From: an uncultured Phycisphaeraceae bacterium
GTDB lineage: Bacteria > Planctomycetota > Phycisphaerae > Phycisphaerales > Phycisphaeraceae
DNA length: 52,264 nt
Reading direction: 5' to 3'
NCBI GenBank assembly: GCA_964650055.1
Contig: CAZYQL010000005.1
Span: forward strand, 1 to 52,264
The stretch's first letter is position 1. Each line of letters opens with the position of its first letter. Of this stretch, positions 46,019 through 52,264 are shown in pieces. A program made the position numbers and the translations under genes. The notes below the pieces were generated by a model. That model was given only the letters and a program-made list of their open reading frames with translations, searched no databases and was not told where the DNA came from.

Positions 46019-46468
46019 TCAGACCGAAGGCGGGCGGAGCAAACGGAGAACCCAGTTGCTTTCAAAATAATCAGCTTGCCACATGGTTTGCGTGATGGCC
46101 TTTGCCGACGCCACGGGCAATGACTGAGCAGCGGACACAAACCAGCTCACGTGTGAAATCACAACCTTGCAGCAGGGGCAGCAGGACGATTTGTCATCGC
46201 AAGGTAATGGGCATTTGCTTTGGGTCGATGAGGGTTCATCTTTCTTCTTGAAACTCGCGGCGCTCTCGTGCTTCTTGCAGCAAGCATCCTTTTCACTTTG
46301 AACCTGCGATGTCAAAGCCGCATCGCTATCCAGTGAAGAGAAAAAACAAACACGCTCTGCGAGCGGGGAATCCTCAGCATGAAGCCACGGCCCTGATGCA
46401 GCGACCACGGCGCAGAGCAACAGCGCCACAGGCAATCGGACCAGAATGGATTCAGGGTGCTTAATCAT
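46019..46468 (-). CDS. hypothetical secreted Cys-rich protein
   Basis: Signal-peptide-like N-terminus. Cys clusters DACCKKHE and KCPLPCDDKSSCCPCCK. Lies 157 nt upstream of the adaptor gene's ATG (45861), same strand. Confidence 0.4.
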   Translation of the reverse strand: MIKHPESILVRLPVALLLCAVVAASGPWLHAEDSPLAERVCFFSSLDSDAALTSQVQSEKDACCKKHESAASFKKKDEPSSTQSKCPLPCDDKSSCCPCCKVVISHVSWFVSAAQSLPVASAKAITQTMWQADYFESNWVLRLLRPPSV

Positions 46469-46641
46469 AAAATACGCAGGGCGAGCCTCAATGAATTTTA
46501 GCGCGGCTCCGAATACGAATCAACAAACGCTGCATCTTCTATTGTCATCGAAGATCAGCCCAATGCAAGTTTACCGCAATGGGCAGATAATGATGTAGAA
46601 TCAATCATTGGTTCATTCGCGCTTCAGAGACGAGGTTTGTC

Positions 46642-47061
46642 ATGACCAAAACCGCCAGACGTGAATCCCCTGTATCCGTTCCTGAAAAATCAGGGCGGCA
46701 GTGGCTTCTTCAATCCGTCAGCCGCAAGTATGGCTTTTGCCCTGTCGATACATGGACGCCCTCGGTCAATCTGTATCAACTGGATAATCGCGTCGAGGTC
46801 TGCTTCGACCTGGCGGGTGTGGATCCCAAGTCCATCGATGTTCAGATCGAGCAGGGCAAACTCACCGTCACGGGTCATCGGCTCACGCCCGAGCCTTCGC
46901 GAAAAGCTGATGAGACCATTCGCATCGTGGCGATGGAGATCGATCACGGCCAGTTCTGCCGCGTGATTGCACTGCCTGATTTGGTGGATATTCGCAAGGC
47001 TGATTCGGAATACAAGGCGGGCCTGCTTTGGGTGCGCATTCCGCTGAAGCTTCGCAAATGA
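46642..47061 (+). CDS. Hsp20/alpha-crystallin family small heat-shock protein
   Basis: WTPSVNLYQLDNRVEVCFDLAGVDPKSIDVQIEQGKLTVTGHR...GLLWVRIP alpha-crystallin domain pattern. Confidence 0.8.
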   Translation: MTKTARRESPVSVPEKSGRQWLLQSVSRKYGFCPVDTWTPSVNLYQLDNRVEVCFDLAGVDPKSIDVQIEQGKLTVTGHRLTPEPSRKADETIRIVAMEIDHGQFCRVIALPDLVDIRKADSEYKAGLLWVRIPLKLRK

Positions 47062-47180
47062 TGCGCTGCTCGATCGCGCTGATTCCGCTTTTTCAATCGG
47101 CTGTCGTTCATTCTTCTTTATATGCAGCCTACGCTTGATTAACCCGGCCTCATGATCCCTGGCCTGATAACTGGATTGAC

Positions 47181-49709
47181 ATGATCATCTTCACTGAAAA
47201 CGAATCCATCGATATCAACCTTCCTCGTCTGGAGAAAGCTGGCAAGTCTGGCGGCAGCGCCGCTGCGCCGCCCATCCCCGAGATTGTCCCCGTGCTGCCC
47301 ATACGCGGCACCGTCACCTTTCCCGGTACCATCACGCCTCTTGGTGTTGGTCGGCCCTCCAGTCGCAAGCTGCTCGATGAATCGCTGCCAAACTCAAAGA
47401 TCATTGCGGTCGTCACGCAGCGCGATGAAGATCAGGATGAGCCGGGCCCAAATGACCTCTACACCGTGGGCACGCTCGTCAATGTTCTCAAGCTGATTCG
47501 TCAACCTGATGACACGGTCTCGATTATTGTGCATGGCATCAGTCGAATCAGGATTGAAGAAATCACGCAGAAAAAGCCGTTCTTCCAGGCACGCATTTCA
47601 CGGCTGACCGAAGTCAAAGGCAATGTCACCAAGCGATCCAAGGCTGCGGTGGCGCAGGTGCGCGAACAGGCGCGCGAGCTGGTCGAGCTGTCGCCCACCG
47701 CACCTGAGCAGGCGATGTCGGTGCTGATGAATATCGATGAGCCCAGTGGCCTGAGCGATTTTCTCGCAGCGAATCTGAACCTGAAAGTCGAACAGCAGCA
47801 AGACCTGCTCGAGGAACTCGACATCGGCAGGCGCATCCGCATCGTGCATCAGTACGTTTCTGATCAACTGGAAATCGCCAAGCTCCAGCGCAAGATTCAA
47901 GATGATGTGCAATCCTCCATCAACGACTCGCAGCGCAAGCTTTTCCTGCGCGAACAGGTGAAAGCCATTCAGCGTGAACTGGGTGAGGACGATAGCGCTG
48001 CTGATGAAACGATCGAGAATCTGCGGAAAAAACTCTCGGCTGCGAATCCGCCTGACAAGGTGATGACCGAAGCCAATCGCGACATGGAGCGATTGCGATC
48101 CATTCCGCCCGCCAGTCCTGAGTATTCGCTGATTCTGACTTATCTCGAACTGCTGGCTGATCTGCCTTGGCGCGAGTCAAGCAAGGATCACCTCGATCTG
48201 GCCCGGGCTCAGCAGATTCTCGATCGCGATCACTATGGTCTGACCAAAGTGAAAAAGCGCATCATCGAATATCTGGCGGTGCGCAAGCTCAACCCCGATC
48301 GGCGTGGCCCGATCCTCTGTTTTGCCGGGCCGCCTGGTGTGGGCAAGACGAGTCTGGGGCAGTCGATTGCCGATGCACTGGGGCGAAAATTTGCCAGGCT
48401 CAGTCTCGGCGGCATTCGTGATGAAGCAGAAATTCGCGGCCACAGGCGCACCTACATCGGCGCGATGCCTGGCCGCATCATTCAGGAGCTTCGCCGGGCC
48501 GGCACGAACAATCCGGTGATGATGCTTGATGAGATCGACAAACTGGGCGCTGATTTTCGTGGTGATCCTTCGAGCGCTCTTTTAGAGGTGCTTGATCCGC
48601 GACAGAATCATGAGTTTACGGATCGCTATCTCGATCTGCCGTTTGATTTGTCGCAGGTTATTTTCATCAGCACCGCCAACTACATGGGCAATGTGCCGCC
48701 GCCGCTGCGCGATCGCATGGAGCAGATTGATCTGCCCGGCTACACCGACAACGACAAGCTGCATATCGCCAGGCAATACCTCGTGCCGCGTCAACTCAAA
48801 GAGAACGGCCTCAAGACGACGCAGTGCAAATGGACCGTGGGCGGCATCAAGAAAGCCATCGAAGATTACACGCGCGAAGCTGGTGTTCGCGATCTTGAAA
48901 GACAGATCGGCTCGGTCTGCCGCGGCGTGGCTGCGAAGGTCGCTGCGATGCGCAATCCGGGAAAGAAGAAGTGGAGCATCGGCGCTGATCAGGTGCGCGA
49001 GTATCTGGGCGCGGAGAAATATTTCCGTGAAGTCGATAGCCGAACCAAGACGAGTGGCGTTGTCGTGGGACTGGCTTTTACCTCGGTGGGCGGCGAGATT
49101 CTGTTCATCGAAGCTGCAAGCTACGGCGGCAAAGGCCGAGTGACACTCACCGGACACATCGGTGAGGTCATGAAGGAATCCGCCTCTGCTGCAATGAGTC
49201 TGTTCAAGAGTCACGCGGCCAAGTTTCACTTTGATCTCAAGCGTCTTGGCGAACGCGATATTCACATTCACGTTCCCGCTGGTGCGGTGCCCAAGGATGG
49301 CCCCAGCGCAGGCGTGGCGATGTACACCGCTATCGTTTCGCTGCTGATGGATGTGCCCGTGAAGTCTCGCGTGGCCATGACCGGCGAGATCACTTTGCGT
49401 GGCCTCGTGTTGCCCATTGGTGGCGTGAAGGAAAAGACGCTCGCTGCTGCTCGTGCGGGGATCACTACGGTCATTCTGCCCGAGAAAAACGAGCGCGACA
49501 TGGAAGAGGTCGATGGTCAGGTGCGCAAGAAGCTTAAGTTTGAGTTTGTGTCCAATGTCGATGAACTGGTCAAGCACGCTTTCGATGCGAAGGCCATGAA
49601 GCGCGCTATCGCACTCAATCAGAAGCAGCCTGCGAAACCAGCTAAACGCAAGTCGCGTGTTGCCACGGAGGAGGTCATCAGCACCCGAGTGCAGACGCCG
49701 CAGAATTAG
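47181..49709 (+). CDS. lon: ATP-dependent Lon protease (LonA)
   Basis: LON N-domain (PVLPIRGTVTFPG), Walker A GPPGVGKTS, proteolytic PKDGPSAG Ser site and TGEITLRG. Confidence 0.9.
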   Translation: MIIFTENESIDINLPRLEKAGKSGGSAAAPPIPEIVPVLPIRGTVTFPGTITPLGVGRPSSRKLLDESLPNSKIIAVVTQRDEDQDEPGPNDLYTVGTLVNVLKLIRQPDDTVSIIVHGISRIRIEEITQKKPFFQARISRLTEVKGNVTKRSKAAVAQVREQARELVELSPTAPEQAMSVLMNIDEPSGLSDFLAANLNLKVEQQQDLLEELDIGRRIRIVHQYVSDQLEIAKLQRKIQDDVQSSINDSQRKLFLREQVKAIQRELGEDDSAADETIENLRKKLSAANPPDKVMTEANRDMERLRSIPPASPEYSLILTYLELLADLPWRESSKDHLDLARAQQILDRDHYGLTKVKKRIIEYLAVRKLNPDRRGPILCFAGPPGVGKTSLGQSIADALGRKFARLSLGGIRDEAEIRGHRRTYIGAMPGRIIQELRRAGTNNPVMMLDEIDKLGADFRGDPSSALLEVLDPRQNHEFTDRYLDLPFDLSQVIFISTANYMGNVPPPLRDRMEQIDLPGYTDNDKLHIARQYLVPRQLKENGLKTTQCKWTVGGIKKAIEDYTREAGVRDLERQIGSVCRGVAAKVAAMRNPGKKKWSIGADQVREYLGAEKYFREVDSRTKTSGVVVGLAFTSVGGEILFIEAASYGGKGRVTLTGHIGEVMKESASAAMSLFKSHAAKFHFDLKRLGERDIHIHVPAGAVPKDGPSAGVAMYTAIVSLLMDVPVKSRVAMTGEITLRGLVLPIGGVKEKTLAAARAGITTVILPEKNERDMEEVDGQVRKKLKFEFVSNVDELVKHAFDAKAMKRAIALNQKQPAKPAKRKSRVATEEVISTRVQTPQN

Positions 49710-49713
49710 CGGG

Positions 49714-49729
49714 TCGCCTTGGCGAACGA
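49714..49729. repeat. dispersed motif tcgccttggcgaacga (copy 2 of 2)
   Basis: Identical to 20765-20780. Begins 5 nt after the lon stop codon. Confidence 0.85.
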
Positions 49730-49782
49730 AGGCAGTGCAGTAGTCATTCATTCAATCTTCAATCCACTCCATTGGTTCCACT

Positions 49783-51258
49783 ATGAAATATCCAATCGCC
49801 CTCATCGTGATGCTGCTCGCATCATTCTCATTCAGTGTTTCGCAAGCATCCGCTGACGACGCCAAGCCCAAGCCGCTGCGCGTGCTGGTCATCACCGGCG
49901 GCTGCTGCCACGACTACACGCATCAGGCCAAGCGGTTCCAGCAAGTGGCCGCGAAGATCACGAACATTCAGTGGACCATTGAACAGGATCCTCGCAAGGG
50001 CACGGAAGGGGAGATCGATCTTTATTCCAAGCCTGACTGGGGCAAGGATTTTGATGTGGTCATTCACAACGAATGCTTCGCCAACACGAGTCGCCCCGAA
50101 TACATTCGCAGCATCACCGACGCTCATAAAGCCGGTTTGCCTGCGGTTGTGATTCACTGTGCGATGCACACTTACCGAGCCGCCAAGATCGATGACTGGC
50201 GAGAGTTCCTGGGTGTTTCCAGTTTCATGCACGAACACCAGAGCAATTATGAAGTGACCGTGACCAAGAAAGATCATCCGATCATGAAGGGCTTCCCCGC
50301 CGACTACAAGACGCCCAAGGATGAACTTTACGTGCTCCAGAAAGTGTGGCCCAACACCACCATCCTCGCCACTTCCAAGAGCGAGAAAAATGGCAAGGAG
50401 CACGGCGTATTCTGGACCAATCAATTCGGCAAAGGTCGTGTCTTCGGCACCACCTACGGCCACAGCAACGAAACGTGGGACGATGAAGTCTTCGTCTCCA
50501 CGCTCGTGCGCGGGTTGCTCTGGTCCGCTGACAAACTCGATGACAACGGCAAACCTGCCAAGGGTTATGAACCCGATCCCAAAGCATCCTCGGCAACCAG
50601 CGAGAAGGCAACCGACTGGTCGCATCAGGTCGCTGCGAAACTCGGTGATGGCGAGAAGCCTGTTTCGCTTTTCAACGGCAAGGACCTCGCAGGATGGGAA
50701 GGTCTCAAGGATCGCTGGACTGTTGAAGAGGGCGTCATCGTCGGCCGTAATAACGACAAAGTGCCCACGAGTACTTACCTCTTCACGACGACATCCTATC
50801 GAGATTTTCGTTTGCTTCTTGAAGTGAAACAGACACGATCGCCCAAACATAACACGATGCACTCGGCGGTGTGCGTGCTGGGTGAAAAGTTTGATGACAA
50901 AGGCAACGCCTTCGGATTCAAAGGACCGCTGCTGATGTTCTGCAATGACTGGGGCATCTGGGATGCATACCGCCGCAACCGCGTGGAGCCGGCCAATCAC
51001 GGCGGACAGTTTCACCCGGAAGGCGTGGAGAAAGTAGGGGAGTGGAATCAGATTGAGGTACTGGTCATCGGCAACCGCATTCGCTTCGCCGCCAACGGCA
51101 AACTGGTGTTCGATTACAAGGAGTTGCAGCCGGAGTTGCTCAAGACCTCCCCGATCGGCTTGCAGCTTCACGCGAACAATCAGCCGCAGGAATTCATGTT
51201 CCGCGGGCTGGTGCTTTCGGAGAAGCCGGGGGATGAGTTGGTCACAGTGGGAAAATAA
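49783..51258 (+). CDS. ThuA-like domain fused to DUF1080 (3-keto-disaccharide hydrolase-like) domain, secreted
   Basis: Signal peptide. ThuA blocks LRVLVITGGCCHDY, DHPIMKGFP..DELY, GRVFGTTYGHSNETW. DUF1080 blocks LFNGKDLAGWEG, WTVEEGVIVG, IGLQLH..QEFMFRGL. Confidence 0.75.
   Translation: MKYPIALIVMLLASFSFSVSQASADDAKPKPLRVLVITGGCCHDYTHQAKRFQQVAAKITNIQWTIEQDPRKGTEGEIDLYSKPDWGKDFDVVIHNECFANTSRPEYIRSITDAHKAGLPAVVIHCAMHTYRAAKIDDWREFLGVSSFMHEHQSNYEVTVTKKDHPIMKGFPADYKTPKDELYVLQKVWPNTTILATSKSEKNGKEHGVFWTNQFGKGRVFGTTYGHSNETWDDEVFVSTLVRGLLWSADKLDDNGKPAKGYEPDPKASSATSEKATDWSHQVAAKLGDGEKPVSLFNGKDLAGWEGLKDRWTVEEGVIVGRNNDKVPTSTYLFTTTSYRDFRLLLEVKQTRSPKHNTMHSAVCVLGEKFDDKGNAFGFKGPLLMFCNDWGIWDAYRRNRVEPANHGGQFHPEGVEKVGEWNQIEVLVIGNRIRFAANGKLVFDYKELQPELLKTSPIGLQLHANNQPQEFMFRGLVLSEKPGDELVTVGK
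51216..51250. repeat. 35-bp direct repeat, copy 1 (3' end of the ThuA-DUF1080 gene)
   Basis: ttcggagaagccgggggatgagttggtCacAgtgg, compared with 52210-52244 ttcggagaagccgggggatgagttggtGacGgtgg (33/35 identical). Confidence 0.9.
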
Positions 51259-51323
51259 GGTGCGAGGTGGGTGAAGGATGTTGATGAACTGGGACTTGAC
51301 GCATAGTTGAATCGAGGACATGC

Positions 51324-51851
51324 ATGCCGCGATTGGATGTCGAGATTGATGCGCTCACTAGTTCAGTAATTGTTAGTCATACCGGCAAGAGTCTGCCGAC
51401 ACGCATCGTAAGTTGGCGTCAACTTGCATCCAATCAGCGGTCATTCACGCGCAAGTGGCGGTTCAACTGGTACGACGAATCTCGACATCGCGGAAGAAAA
51501 ATTGTCGCACTGTTGGTCGCCAACTCGAATGCCATCGAAGGTCTTGTCAGTTTCGAGTTGAAGAGCGACCATGTTCATGTCCATCTACTTGAGAGTGCGC
51601 CATACAATGTAGGTGAACAGAAGCGATACACCGGCGTCCCTGGCAACTTGATGGCTTATGTATGTCGTGAGTCGGATCGTCTAGGCTTTGACGGGTTTGT
51701 GGCATTTGATTCAAAGACTGAACTGATCGACCACTATCAGCGGATGCTCGGAGCTGTGCCGGTTGCCAAGAGCAATCGGATGATCGTTGGTGATGAGGCT
51801 GCAAGACGATTGATCGAACAGTACTTTAAGGATGGTGACCAATGGGCGTAG
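51324..51851 (+). CDS. hypothetical protein, GNAT-fold-like by pattern
   Basis: GAGGA 5 nt upstream of the ATG. The pattern EGLVSFELKSDHVHVHLLESAP..KRYTGVPGNLMAYVCRESDRLGFDGFVAFDS..ELIDHYQRMLGA resembles the beta4-alpha3-beta5-alpha4 acetyltransferase core. Codons are visibly richer in A/T at the third position than in neighbouring genes. Confidence 0.5.
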   Translation: MPRLDVEIDALTSSVIVSHTGKSLPTRIVSWRQLASNQRSFTRKWRFNWYDESRHRGRKIVALLVANSNAIEGLVSFELKSDHVHVHLLESAPYNVGEQKRYTGVPGNLMAYVCRESDRLGFDGFVAFDSKTELIDHYQRMLGAVPVAKSNRMIVGDEAARRLIEQYFKDGDQWA

Positions 51852-52153
51852 ACATTCAGCCGGATAACGCGAACCAAACGAGGAGACGGCGAACACCACT
51901 GGACATGGCTGTGAGTCGTGTAATTGCCAAACGGCGATCTGCTTCCGCTTATGCCCAGCAAGTCGAACGCTTGCACACGGTTGTGGCCAGAACAATCTGC
52001 ACGACGAAGCTGCTTGCTACTCTTCCATTTGAAGAGATTGATATGGTGATCATTTCGAGTGCACCCGATGCGAAGGCAGATAGCGCCGTGCAACGAGCGA
52101 TTGCAAAATCTCGTCACGAGAAAAAGGCTGTTCATCGTACGAAAGTCGCTTGA
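51842..52153 (+). CDS. hypothetical small basic protein
   Basis: ATG overlaps the end of the previous gene by 10 nt. Arg/Lys-rich (RRRRTPLD, AKRRSA, KSRHEKK). No recognised motif. Confidence 0.4.
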   Translation: MGVDIQPDNANQTRRRRTPLDMAVSRVIAKRRSASAYAQQVERLHTVVARTICTTKLLATLPFEEIDMVIISSAPDAKADSAVQRAIAKSRHEKKAVHRTKVA

Positions 52154-52209
52154 ACAGGTACTGCGCGGCTCATCTGAGTTTTACCACATCAAACAGCAGC
52201 ACCCTGCCC

Positions 52210-52244
52210 TTCGGAGAAGCCGGGGGATGAGTTGGTGACGGTGG
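52210..52244. repeat. 35-bp direct repeat, copy 2
   Basis: See 51216-51250. In frame it again encodes SEKPGDELVTV followed shortly by a stop, but only about 22 codons are open upstream. Confidence 0.9.
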
Positions 52245-52264
52245 TGAAGTGATGTGTAATAATG

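Noticed and set aside
46469-47180. Search for heat-shock regulatory elements (CIRCE TTAGCACTC-N9-GAGTGCTAA, sigma32-type CTTGAAA/CCCCATNT) upstream of hsp20 and lon
   Set aside because: No convincing match was seen by eye. CTTGATT near 47125 has no correctly spaced -10 element, so no promoter is reported.
48582-49751. 389-aa minus-strand ORF opposite lon. Similar long shadows occur at 22600-23733, 24574-25755, 33394-34377, 38851-39630, 11044-12042, 13617-14453, 3785-4549, 7894-8652, 18640-19413 and 41289-41993.
   Set aside because: All lie entirely inside genes with strong family motifs on the other strand. Their translations are Arg/His/Ala-rich with no recognisable motif. They are typical antisense shadow ORFs of high-G+C DNA.
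49828-51321. 497-aa ORF on the minus strand almost co-extensive with the ThuA-DUF1080 gene
   Set aside because: It is codon-aligned antisense to the + gene, so antisense stops correspond to sense codons TTA/CTA/TCA, which a G+C-rich codon usage avoids. The + frame carries clear ThuA and DUF1080 motifs and a signal peptide. The minus translation is low-complexity, Arg/Ala/Gly-rich, and without motifs.
1-52264. Mobile-element genes (transposase, integrase, recombinase), prophage genes and rRNA
   Set aside because: None of the translated ORFs shows DDE, tyrosine- or serine-recombinase, or phage structural motifs. The only mobility signatures are the repeat-flanked cassette at the 3' end and the palindromic elements.

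Overview
G+C-rich bacterial chromosomal window, almost fully coding, with about 45 protein genes and 2 tRNAs. All homology statements come from motif and pattern recognition by eye; no searches were run.

Lineage: the content suggests a PVC-type, Planctomycetota-like genome. There are two complete gene pairs of a PSCyt(CxxCH)/DUF1549/DUF1553 protein followed by a Tat-signal DUF1501 protein, and a third DUF1501 relic fused to an arylsulfatase relic. There is also a ThuA-DUF1080 fusion.

Recognisable housekeeping and envelope genes:
- lon preceded by hsp20, and pyrC
- mreC with an mreD-like gene, and one LptF/LptG-family permease
- a DapA-family lyase, a class-III aminotransferase, a quinone oxidoreductase and a Gfo/Idh/MocA oxidoreductase
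- a GH63-like glucosidase and a Nudix hydrolase
- a GT-C (family 39-like) glycosyltransferase
- an ABC-2 exporter (ATPase plus two permeases)
- a HlyD + ABC ATPase + two FtsX permeases efflux operon
- a ydbH-ynbE-ydbL-like operon (AsmA-like lipid transport)
- a diadenylate cyclase CdaA fused to a YbbR-like domain
- a run of ligand and tetrapyrrole-binding families (SOUL, SRPBCC, TspO, DUF1990, atypical SDR)
- tRNA-Leu(UAG) and tRNA-Arg(CCU)

No rRNA, CRISPR array, transposase or integrase was seen.

Most interesting observations:
1. A translationally coupled (GTGA overlap) small protein plus retropepsin-like aspartic protease module sits inside a metabolic gene string (10047-10732).
2. A two-gene cassette that looks lower in G+C (GNAT-fold-like protein plus small basic protein) is bracketed by 35-bp direct repeats. 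The repeats duplicate the 3' end of the ThuA-DUF1080 gene (51216-52244).
3. The efflux operon is flanked by two Cys-rich secreted or lipoprotein accessory genes and carries a perfect 4 x 10-bp tandem repeat.
4. The CdaA-YbbR fusion.
5. Two compound inverted-repeat elements, one carrying G-quadruplex motifs on both strands.
6. An orphan intrinsic terminator in a 540-bp gap, and a 660-bp non-coding stretch downstream of the tRNAs.

Many long antisense ORFs in the track are codon-aligned shadows of the real genes and were rejected.
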